NCBI GenBank assembly: GCA_003427395.1
Contig: BFEA01000042.1
Span: forward strand, 3,087,544 to 3,151,443
DNA from: Chara braunii
Lineage: Eukaryota; Plantae; Charophyceae
DNA: 63,900 nt
Direction of reading: 5' to 3'
Shown here: positions 13,595-28,090 of the stretch, one piece after another
How the letters are laid out: the number at the start of each line of letters is the position of its first letter
Numbering within the stretch: the first letter of the stretch is position 1
Program-made: the position numbers and the translations under genes
Notes under the pieces: model-generated
The model's database searches: none
What the model was told of the DNA's origin: nothing
Seen by the model: the letters and a program-made list of their open reading frames with translations, nothing else

Positions 13595-14030
13595 TCTTCT
13601 CTAATATTATAAAGGAAAGAAGCGGGTCTCGCGTGACGGGCCCACGCCAGACAGGCTCCTGGCTGTGGGACAACGGTCGGGGGTCCCAGGGGCGACGTTT
13701 TCAGCGGGGGACGTTTTCTCTAGCGGGGGACGTTTTCTCTAATACTATAAAGGAAGAAGGCTCCTGGCTGTGGGACAACGGTCGGGGGTCCCAGGGGTGA
13801 CGTTTTCAGCGGGGGATGTTTTCTCTAGCGGGGGACGTTTTCTCTAATACTATAAAGGAAGAAGCGGGTCTCGCGTGACGGGCCCACGCGAAACACGCTC
13901 CTGGCTGTGGGACAACGGTCGGGGGTCCCAGGGGCGACGTTTTCAGGGGGGCCCGGGCCCACGCGAAACACGCTCCTGGCTGTGGGACAACGGTCGGGGG
14001 TCCCAGGGGCGACGTTTTCAGCGGGGCCCG
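13595..14030. repeat. Tandem minisatellite, 4 copies of core GCTCCTGGCTGTGGGACAACGGTCGGGGGTCCCAGGGG(C/T)GACGTTTTCAG
   Basis: Copies near 13655, 13760, 13898 and 13972. Confidence 0.9.
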
Positions 14031-14480
14031 GATCCAAGTACGCAGGGCCTCGCTGCACTGCTCTCGGCACGCACAAAAGACAAAAAAGATGGCAATGCAT
14101 TGTTCCATGTTCCAGCGGAGGATTCAGTGTCTTTTTGCACTTTCGGAGAGCAGTGCAGCCAGCCCCATAGCAGGAAGCTCAAATTCGCAAAAGACAAAAC
14201 CACTTTTTTTTTGGGGGGGGGGCAACCACTTGTTTTTTTTTTTTTTTGGGATATGAAACCTCTTTGTTGTCAGCTCGTGTATAGGGCCTCGCTGCACTGG
14301 TCTCCGCACGCACAAAAGACAAAAAAGATGCCAATGGAAAAAGACAAAAAAGATGCCAATGGAAAAAGCCGTCCGCGCGCGACGCTCCCACTGGGCCCAG
14401 CAATATCGGGCGAAGGGGCGGGGGAGCGACGACGAGGCGGGGGCACGGCGACGTGTGCGGGTGGGCCAGTACCTGGCATC

Positions 14481-14568
<88 letters not shown>

Positions 14569-14677
14569 AAGATTCATTCTGATTTTGCTAAAAAAGTGGC
14601 AGTGTATATTTCCATGTTTCAGCGGAAGATTCCTTCCGTTTTTGCTCATGCTATAGATGGAATGTGTGTGTGTGACG

Positions 14678-14730
<53 letters not shown>

Positions 14731-14733
14731 AGT

Positions 14734-14834
<101 letters not shown>

Positions 14835-15249
14835 GAACGATTCATTCCTTTTTTGCTCAAAAACTGGCGGTGACATTACCTCTTGCTCCTGTTTTTTTTT
14901 GCCTTTTCAAACTGTGCCCGTTCCTGCAGTGCCATTTCGTGTTTTTTTGCCTATTGCCATTCGAACTCAAAACCTGCCGCGTTCGCCGTTGTTTCTTTTT
15001 TAATTTAAAAAAGTTTTTCACACACCAACCACCACCCCCCTGAAAACCCTTTTCTTGACTTTTTTTCCATCCAGGGGGTAGGGTCGGGGTTCCAGAACCC
15101 CAGTGCGCAACCCCCACCCCCTCTTCCTCTAGCCGCTACACCACCGCAAAAATCGCCACTACTGTGGTCATGACCGTGGGGCCGCGGCCATGACTGCTCG
15201 GTGCGGTCGTGACTGCGGCGACCACGGTCGGGGGGGATTCGTAGGCTTT

Positions 15250-15790
15250 GCGCTTGGGAACGGCCCGGTGATGTCCATGGTAATCGATTCCCGTCGTCCT
15301 AACTTAGGGGACCGGTAATGGTCGCAACTCGCTGAACGGACGATGATTGCGGAATTTGCAACGCCGGCAAGCCTAGCATGACAAGCAATAGCGTGTGATG
15401 TCGTCGAGAAGGCCAGGCCACCAAAAGCGCCCACGAAGTCGGCCAATCGTTCGATTGACTCCAAAGTGTCCGGTGGCGGGAGCGTCATGGAACTCACCAA
15501 AAAGCCAGGTGCACAAGTGTGGGTCACTTGGAACGCAAAAAAGATCCTTCCCCCGCGAGTGGGCTAGAAAATAGCCCTCTTGGATCCGATAATGCGATGG
15601 CACTAGATTTGGAGAGGAGATATTCGCATACTTGTCGCAAAACTCAGGGTCGACTTGGTAGCTGCAGATGAACCTGTCCCGCAAGTCGTCGTTAATCTCG
15701 AACGTCGAGTACACTGCGGCACAAAGGTCCGGGCGCCGTGAAAGGGCGTCCGCAAAACGGTTTGACTCTCCCGGAATGTGATCGAAACTG
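15250..15790 (-). pseudogene. pol: Ty3/gypsy pol fragment (end of RNase H, integrase HHCC, start of core)
   Basis: FDHIPGESNRFADALSRRPD; HDAPATGHFGVNRTIGRLRGRFWWPGLLDDITRYCLSC; ESITMDITGPFP. Confidence 0.9.
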
Positions 15791-16189
15791 GTCAAACACA
15801 GGATTCATGAAAACCTAACGAAACAAATTGTTAGGTTTGCACGAAATGTATTCAAGATTATGATAGTACGTTTTTCAGGCCTCCTCCAAGAACAAAATTT
15901 TGCGTGAAGTAAAACAACCGCAAAAAAAAGAATAGAAAATTACTTTTTGGGAACCACTAGAAGTGGAGAGGAGAAAAGCAGGTTTTTCCACATAAAATCA
16001 CTACCTGGTCAAGCAACGTATGTTCAAGAACTGAAATATCTCATTTTTTTGTTATCTCAAAAAATCATGATTCATGTTTATAGCTAGGTTGTTGGATCGG
16101 ACATCCGGGACCCCCCTGACCGTCCGGGATGTCCGACCGGACGTCTGGTCGGACGTCGGACTGGACAGGGTATGTCCGACCTAGTGCAA

Positions 16190-17139
16190 NNNNNNNNNNN
16201 NNNNNNNNNNNNNNNNNNNNNNNNNNNNNNNNNNNNNNNNNNNNNNNNNNNNNNNNNNNNNNNNNNNNNNNNNNNNNNNNNNNNNNNNNNNNNNNNNNNN
16301 NNNNNNNNNNNNNNNNNNNNNNNNNNNNNNNNNNNNNNNNNNNNNNNNNNNNNNNNNNNNNNNNNNNNNNNNNNNNNNNNNNNNNNNNNNNNNNNNNNNN
16401 NNNNNNNNNNNNNNNNNNNNNNNNNNNNNNNNNNNNNNNNNNNNNNNNNNNNNNNNNNNNNNNNNNNNNNNNNNNNNNNNNNNNNNNNNNNNNNNNNNNN
16501 NNNNNNNNNNNNNNNNNNNNNNNNNNNNNNNNNNNNNNNNNNNNNNNNNNNNNNNNNNNNNNNNNNNNNNNNNNNNNNNNNNNNNNNNNNNNNNNNNNNN
16601 NNNNNNNNNNNNNNNNNNNNNNNNNNNNNNNNNNNNNNNNNNNNNNNNNNNNNNNNNNNNNNNNNNNNNNNNNNNNNNNNNNNNNNNNNNNNNNNNNNNN
16701 NNNNNNNNNNNNNNNNNNNNNNNNNNNNNNNNNNNNNNNNNNNNNNNNNNNNNNNNNNNNNNNNNNNNNNNNNNNNNNNNNNNNNNNNNNNNNNNNNNNN
16801 NNNNNNNNNNNNNNNNNNNNNNNNNNNNNNNNNNNNNNNNNNNNNNNNNNNNNNNNNNNNNNNNNNNNNNNNNNNNNNNNNNNNNNNNNNNNNNNNNNNN
16901 NNNNNNNNNNNNNNNNNNNNNNNNNNNNNNNNNNNNNNNNNNNNNNNNNNNNNNNNNNNNNNNNNNNNNNNNNNNNNNNNNNNNNNNNNNNNNNNNNNNN
17001 NNNNNNNNNNNNNNNNNNNNNNNNNNNNNNNNNNNNNNNNNNNNNNNNNNNNNNNNNNNNNNNNNNNNNNNNNNNNNNNNNNNNNNNNNNNNNNNNNNNN
17101 NNNNNNNNNNNNNNNNNNNNNNNNNNNNNNNNNNNNNNN
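16190..17139. other. Assembly gap (others at 20603-20676, 29147-29222, 30636-30736, 36787-37546)
   Basis: Runs of N. Confidence 1.
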
Positions 17140-17668
17140 CCCCCCCCCCCAAAAAAAAAAAAAATAAAAAAAAAAATCTGGATTTACCAGAAATAAATAA
17201 AAATGAAAAAAATCCGTGCAAGCTATCTTTTTACCAGACGGGTCCCCTGAAAGGTCATGATGAGGTAGACGTGAGTTCTGGCGGGGCCAGCATGTCATGA
17301 GGGCGTGAGTATTCGCGGAATCTTCAGCGGAAGCTTCACAATCATTTCGGTGTTTGCTCAACGTGCACCGGGAGTGGATTCGCCCAACGGAGAAGAAAGA
17401 ACAACCCAGCCTTTGAGGAATAAATTTAATGAAATTTACCCCAAAAAAAAAAGGTCATGTGGCTGAAAGGTGTAAAGGAAAAAAAAGAAAAAGAATGGTA
17501 CCTCCACGAACTGTTGATAAAAATAGGCAAAAAAAAAAAAAAAGCAAAAAAAAAGGGCAGAGCTAGGAGCATCCTCACAATACGCCAATTTTAGACCAAG
17601 CTCCGGACGCAATTGCGGTCACAAATGGCACAATTCCAGGAAGATACATCCTCTGAGAGTCCTGGAAC

Positions 17669-21594
<3,926 letters not shown>

Positions 21595-21665
21595 CGGGAG
21601 CGAAGTTTAACATATTTTTTTTTGGAAGTAATCTATATTCTTCTCTCACTCTATTTCATCTTTCT

Positions 21666-21747
21666 GTCCTTCGGGACATCCGTTAAAATTGGAACGATAC
21701 TGAGAAGATTAGCATGGCCCCTGCGCAAGGATGAAAAAAAAAAAAAA
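21666..21747 (+). pseudogene. U6: Processed, 3'-truncated U6 snRNA pseudogene with poly(A) and 10-bp TSD
   Basis: GTCCTTCGGGACATCCGTTAAAATTGGAACGATACTGAGAAGATTAGCATGGCCCCTGCGCAAGGATGA matches the 5' ~70 nt of plant U6. A14 tail follows. TCATCTTTCT at 21656-21665 and 21748-21757. Confidence 0.95.
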
Positions 21748-22260
21748 TCATCTTTCTTGGTAGTACGCATGTCTCATCCTCTCACTAGTCTATTTATAGC
21801 ACGGGGGAACACCAACGAACCCGGATCTCTCCCCAGCCCACGGGGTAGGTTTGCACCACAGATGTGGTCCGAGAGCAAGGCTGTACCAGTCCCTCATCAC
21901 GGTGACGAGGGGTGGGCAGCCATTGCAGATGGGGGAAATCGGGGGTGCAAGCGCCGCAGAGCAATGGCCAGTCACTGCACCTCCCCCTACCCCCCCCCCC
22001 ACCCCACATGGCGGTGTCTAATGGCCAATCTTGTTGCTGCATAGCAGCCAACAACATCAGCGGAGGTCCTGCCAATGCTGGCTTGGGGGGCAACGGGTTA
22101 TCTCTAGCTGGTACAACACCAAGCTTGCCCAAAAGCCAGGAAAGGGACCTGGCATCCCACACAAAAAGAAGGGGGTCCCAATGATGGACCATATCCTAGA
22201 GTCCAACAAACACCAAACTCAGCACAGGCAGACCTTGACAAAAAATAAAACAGGGATCCA

Positions 22261-22475
22261 GAGGCCTAGCTCAGTTGGTAAGGCACGCAAGTGGCATTCA
22301 GGAGGTCTTCGGTTCAATTCCCATGAGCCTCATGTACCTTCCTGGGCAAGCTTCGTGCCCTCCACCTAGAGATAGGCCGTTGGTCCCCCGGAGCAAGGGG
22401 AGACACAGGCTGACCCCTGGCCGGTGTCGGAGCAGATACCCTTACAAGGGTATCTGCTTGGGGTTTTTCAATGTC
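22261..22475 (+). mobile_element. tRNA-derived SINE-like unit
   Basis: A box TAGCTCAGTTGG, B box GGTTCAATTCC and partial acceptor stem GAGGC/GCCTC (22261-22331). Downstream perfect hairpin AGCAGATACCCTT-AC-AAGGGTATCTGCT, then a T run. Confidence 0.6.
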
Positions 22476-23209
22476 GGACGCTGTCTGACCTTTTTGTTGA
22501 ATTGAAGGACGTTGTCCGACCTTTTTGTTAAATGGAAGGACTTGAGGAGACTGACGTCTGCCATAAGTTTATTCGGACTAACCTATGACCGGAGTCGAAG
22601 ACTAAAAACTTTCAGAATCTTAGTCCGGACGATTGTGGCATCAGCGAAGTAATGGTGGTAACCGCCGGGCCTCTTTTTGTAGGGCTGCAGAGAAACACGA
22701 TTGTAGGAATGCTAAGGCCAGACCTATGCTACCTCAAATAATGACTAAGCCGCACTATTCAGGACCTGAGTAGACAAAAAATAGCCGTCGCGCTGGGTAT
22801 GGGACCACGACACAGGGTAAATGGTGGACTATTTTTTTTTGAATTTTTTTTTTCCAGATTTGATTCTGCGTCGAGGGCCGAGAAACCCGATACTATGGCC
22901 TATGAGACCAGGCACCTGCCTGTGCCGCAAGCAAGCGGCCAGTCAACGTAGGTGGGGGAGGCAGGAAAGGTCTGCCAAGCTGCAAGGAGGGGCTAGAGCC
23001 GGCGGTGCCTGCTATGCCACACACAGGCGAGGTAGCTGGGCTGAGATCTTCTTGTAGGAGAGATGCTCCTACTACTCTTGTAGTAGGAGCCAACCCAGTA
23101 GGTTAATGTATCAGAATCTAACCTAGCAAATGTGGGGATTGAATCCGACATGCACCGCTGGGCGTTCTTTTTGGAGTTGGCCGGCCTATAAGGCCTTCCG
23201 GCGCGATCG

Positions 23210-23320
23210 GTCTCGGCTGTGCAATCCATGAGATTGTGCGGCTGAGATCAGCCCCACGGAGCTGCATGGCCAAACGCGAGGATGACACACATAAATCGAG
23301 AAATAGTTCATTTTTTTTTT
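23210..23320 (+). ncRNA. U6-derived segment: 5' hairpin + U6 3' half + oligo(T); decayed U6 copy or chimeric Pol III-type RNA
   Basis: GCATGGCC..GGATGACACACATAAATCGAGAAATAGTTCATTTTTTTTTT (23264-23320) matches the U6 3' end. 17-bp G.U-containing hairpin at 23210-23248. TATAA at 23187. Confidence 0.55.
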
Positions 23321-23760
23321 CAATCCCAATAAGGATAGAACTCAGGGCTGCATTGGGCAGGTGGCGCAAAACTGTTGTAAAGCCAGTGGAGAAAAGTGAA
23401 AAATAAAATAAAATTAAAAATTAAAAAAAAAAACTAAAAATAAAGCTACAGGCGGTTCGCGAGATTATTTTGTGTCGTTCCCAAATTCTCTCTTGTTTTT
23501 GTTTTGATTTAACTCCTGCGTGACATGGCCGGGAGGGCTCCCGCACTTTGCGAAAAAGGCGGGAGCGGATGCGCTCAACATCGGTATCTCCCACCTGCTG
23601 GAGGGGGCGACTCCCACATGCTCCCTCATTGGAGGCTTGAGCACGAATGTCGCTGCTACGGGGTTCCCTGTAATACTATAATGACAATAAAAAAGGCCTG
23701 AAAGGCCGCCCTGTCCAGATTCTACAGGTAAACGAATTGGTTGGGTTTCAAAGAATTAGC

Positions 23761-23796
<36 letters not shown>

Positions 23797-24029
23797 AACG
23801 AAAAAGAAAACTGAAAAAATTACCCCTAAATGCACTTTTCAGTGCTGGGGGGGGTTACCAGGCCCACGGCTGAAAAGCCGGGGTTCCTGTTAACTGCTTG
23901 TGTGCGGGTGGTGTCGGTCGAGTGATGAGGGGTGTGTAGGTAGGAAGCGAGGGGTCGCCCGGTTCCTGTGGTACGAGCTGGGGGGGGGTGGAAGGGTGGA
24001 GGGGGGGTGTGGTTGGACCCATTTTCCAG

Positions 24030-24954
24030 TGCGTCAAACTCCGCGATAGAATGTGCGGCGCTGGATTCTCGTCACAGTGCGAGATGATGTCGATCGGCAG
24101 GTCGTCTAGCAGCTGCGTGAAGGGAATTAGAAGCTCCCCCACGATCGTCTGTCGATGTCCGGGTGCCACTGCTCCAAAAATGAATCCTAACAGGTCTCCT
24201 TCCACTTCGGTCCTCCAAGCTTGGATAATAAGTAGCTCAACGTCTTCGTTTACGGCGCGGTGCTCACTGTCCCGAGTCCACGTCACCTCGATCTGGATAA
24301 GGCACAGAGAAAGAGTCAAGTAGTGTTCACACCATATCTCCCACTGCGAAGGTTTGATGAGCGGAACTGCAAGTGGCCGCACGCAGAACGAGAGGCGGGG
24401 ATGGAGCGCTGACTGCCAGAAGGTAGGGAAGACAGAGGGGAGGCTGAAGGTAGAGAATCGGGAGCGTTTCATTCAGGATGCAAGAAAGGGACGAGCGCAG
24501 AAAGAGAAATTGTCGGCTCGTGCTGGAGAGTGCGGATGCCGTTAATGTCAATACTGTTAGTACTGACGATGTTCTCCCCTCACCGCGCAAGCGACTGACT
24601 CCAAGCTTTTGCCAACTCCTCGCCCCACTCTCTCAACGAGGTCAGGATGGTCGTATGCGCTCTCGGATCCACCGTACTAAGATCCCCGCTGAAGAAGACG
24701 ATTGTCGAGATGTGACGGATCCCAGGCGTCGAGAGCCGTCGATAGGCCGATGCTTCGACCAGCATCTGGGCCCTGCTGTTGGGAACCACAAAGCGGAACT
24801 CCGCCGCCGCGTGTATACTTGCGGTACTAAAGAACTGAGCGAATCTGAGAACGTCCGGACTGATACGTGGATGATGAACTTGTCGGATCGTTGAGATGTT
24901 CCCACGTGGCGCCAACATTCGTTCACCGAGTACCTGCTTCGTAGAAAAACTCAT
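24030..24954 (-). pseudogene. Accessory ORF of unknown function 3' of integrase in gypsy-A, frameshifted
   Basis: Protein-like ORF pieces 24580-24954 and 23855-24472 (e.g. LLIIQAWRTEVEGDLLGFIFGAV..LLDDLPIDIISHCDE), same strand as pol and immediately downstream of it. Confidence 0.55.
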
Positions 24955-27900
24955 GGCGAAGAGGAGGGAGAAGACGAGTGGGGAGAAGAAAGAGAATGAA
25001 GATCGTCACTCTCCCACTTGGATTCCGAGATCGACCCAGCTGGGGAAGGAAGGGAAGAAGCTGAGACATGGCGGAGGTAGGACACGTGGCGGACTATAGG
25101 CCTAGCAGACCTACTACCGAACACCTTGGGAGCAAGCTGCACCGTGTTCACACCGTTAGGACCGAGCTCAATCACTCGAAAGCACCCGTAGAATCGTGGC
25201 ACCGATTTCCCTTGGCGAGCACATTTCCTTACCTGCGCCAAGTCCCCTAACTTATACTGGGGCCGAGGGCCCACATTCCCATTTTGGGCCTCGTAGCACC
25301 GGACCTGTCAGTCGTGGGCCAATTCGGTCATTCGCTGTCTTTTTCGGACCAATCTCGGAAGGGCCCGTTCCATGAGGTCCAAATGGCGCTTGGCTCTTGG
25401 CTGTCGCCCTCATGGGGCATCGGTCCAGTGTCATTTAATCATTCAAATTCGGTATCGAGATGCAAGATAGGTTGTTGGTTCGTAGCTCAAAAGGCGAAAG
25501 TCCGGTAGATTCATGCGGGGTCCCTCGATGTATGGCGAAGATGTGATCCACGATATCAGGCCACTGCCACGTGTCCTTAGCTGCGATGTTCCGTTGGAGT
25601 GTCGTTTTGATTACCCGGTTGGCGTTTTCCACGAGGCCGTTCGATTGAGACATATGAGGGGTTGTATTCCGAATAGACACTCCATGTACGACCAGGTTCC
25701 TCATGACCTCCCCTAGGAATTCTGCTCCGTTGTCAGTAAGTATATCCTCGGTGTCCTGATGCCTCCCGAGGAAGCGGTTGACATACCACGCTATTTCCGC
25801 CGTCTGTCTTGTTCGACATGGATACGCCTCGATCCACTTCAAAAAGTGGTCGACGAATACCAAGAGAATTGAATACTCGCAGCTATTTGGTCCAGGGGGA
25901 ACGACGACATCCGTCGTGTCCATGCTAACCCTCTGAAACGACCGTTGGACTACGGTGGGCACTATCGACCTAGGCGGCTGAATCGGTGCTTTGTCGGCCG
26001 CACAGACAGGACAATTTTTAACAATAAATTTGACATCGTCCCGAATGTTGGACCAGTATCATTCGTGTTTATCGATGGCTGCCTCGGTAATCCTGACAAT
26101 GAAATGCGCTGCTGTCTCCTCATGCGCACCCTGTACCCAGTCATACCTTACGAACGGGTGCGGTACCACCATCTAGATTCCGCTTCCATCCGTTTTCCTT
26201 TCCTCCAACCGTCCTTCGTTCCACCTATAGTCATGTGCCCTCTCATTGGCCCGTCTCCGTTCCTCCTTAGAGAATTCTCTGAGAGAATTTCCAACAACGA
26301 TGGCATTTAGGACGACATATGTCCATACCTCCGCCCGTCTAAACCGTAGGGTCTTTTCTAGACCTTCCTAAGTCGTGTCCAGGAATCGATCCTCCGTCGG
26401 AATCTTGTCCGTACGACACAGGTGGCAAAACCACGTTTTCTGAGGATTCCTATACTGGATACATGACCCGTGGGCTCTTGCTATGCACTTAGCACAATCT
26501 ACCCATTCGACGTAACTCTCGCTCTGTGTCTTAACTGAAACGGAATGGACCCGCGAGATGGACTCACAGAGAAGACAAAAACGATCGGGTAGGGAAAACA
26601 TAGAAGAGGAGGAAGGAGAGAGAGGGCATTCAACATTTCTTTCCCCTTGGGCCGCCATGGGGACACGTGTCACTTCTTCGTCTGTCGAGGGAGAACCTTC
26701 ACCTGCCCGTACCCGGGTCCCTTGGGCTGCTCCGGTTCCTTCCACGGAGTGATCTCCTCGGCGTGTGGCACCTTGCCTGGCCTGTGCAGACGTGGCAACC
26801 CATTTGCATTCTCGTGCCTCTCTGTCTTTCGATGGACGATATCGAAATCATACTCTCGCAGCCTCACTGCCCATCGCCCAATCATTCCAGCGTAATGCAT
26901 CAGCTTTTTGAGAGTCAACAAGGGCTCATGATCCGTTACGAGGAAAGACTTTCGCCCGTAGAGGTACGGGTGGAAGTGTTGAATTCCCCAGACCACAGCG
27001 TAACATTCCCCTTGAGGTGCTGAGTCGTTTTTTCTCTCGTCCGGCACCGTCCGCGAAGCGTATTCGACCACGTGCTCCCGCCCATCCTCCGCTTTTTGAG
27101 CTAAGATAGCGGAGATCGCTTCAGGCTGCCAGTCAGTAATGAGTAGGAAACTGGCACTCGGGATCGGGCCGGATTAAAATAGGCGTCGAGGCCAGGGCCT
27201 CCTTTAAAGTGGAAAAGGCCCGTTCGCACTTCGCGTCCCAGTTCAGCGGCTAGTCCTTCCGCAGGAGGTTCGTCAGAGGTCGAGCGATTGCCGCAAATCC
27301 TTTGATAAACCGTCGGTAGTACGAAGCCAGTCCCAGGAAAGCTCGAACTTGCATCAATGATGTGGGTGTGGGTGCTCCCCGAACTGCCTCGACTTTCCTC
27401 AAATCCGGTTTCAAGCCTCCTTGGGTCACCACGTAGCCTAGGAACGAGATATCGGATAGGAAAAATTCGCTCTTCTCAAATACAATCTTGAAACCAGCAT
27501 CCTGCAGCGCGCCAAGTGTCCATTCAATGTGCTGCGCGTGTCCATGAAACGATTCATAATACACCAAAATGTCATCCATGTACACGATGATGCAAAAATT
27601 GATCATTCCCTGAGTTAACTTGCTCTTGTTCACAAAGTTCTGGAAGGTGACATTCATTGCCCTCTGAAAGGTTGCCGGTGCATTGCATATACCCATAGGA
27701 CAATGAATTCACTGCCACGTGCCTTCAAACAATACAAACGTCATCTTCGACCGATCTTCTTCTCGTACAAGGATATGGTGGAACCCGTGCCGAATATCAA
27801 ACATACTAAAATAGTTAGCACACCCAATTGCATCCAGCAAATCATCAATCCGAGGGAGGGGATATACATCCTTGATCGTGATATCATTCAATTTCTGATA

Positions 27901-28090
27901 ATCGATGCATATACAAATCGATCCGTTCTTCTTTGAGACCAAAACTACCGGGAAAGACCAAGGACCCGTAGCGGGCTCTATCCAACCGTTAGCTTTGAAC
28001 TCACAGATGCGCTCGAGTGCTGCCTTCCGTTCCGCCGGCGGATGACGAAACGAAGTCGGAGATTGTGTGAGGTTCAGAGGGCAAGAACGT
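24951..28090 (-). pseudogene. pol: Ty3/gypsy pol (gypsy-A): RT - RNase H - PHD finger - integrase - GPY/F, decayed; no LTR or gag seen
   Basis: RT: WSFPVVLV, ICIDYQKLN, YPLPRIDDL, VYMDDILVY, FLGLASYYRRF. RNase H: YASRT, ECYAVVWG, VTDHEPL, NANGL. HHCC: HEETAAH..CPVC. IN core: VSMDT, LTDNGAEF, SNGLVENAN. C-terminus: PRFYGCFRV. Confidence 0.93.
26416..26577 (-). other. PHD finger (C4HC3) coding segment inside gypsy-A pol
   Basis: CLLC-X23-CAKC-X4-H-X2-C-X11-CHLC, with WVDC and WFC context typical of PHD fingers. Same frame as the downstream integrase. Confidence 0.85.

Noticed and set aside
13595-14030. CRISPR-like array (also 41011-41312 and 55325-55630)
   Set aside because: The intervening sequences are themselves repeated, there are no unique spacers or cas genes, and the context is eukaryotic.
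16084-17361. Long ORFs spanning N gaps (also 36749-37645)
   Set aside because: Open only because of N.
21666-23320. One U6 gene split by a target-specific transposon (Dada-U6-like)
   Set aside because: The 5' piece has its own poly(A) and 10-bp TSD, so it is a self-contained retrocopy. The two pieces overlap by ~20 diverged nt rather than sharing a 6-7 bp TSD.
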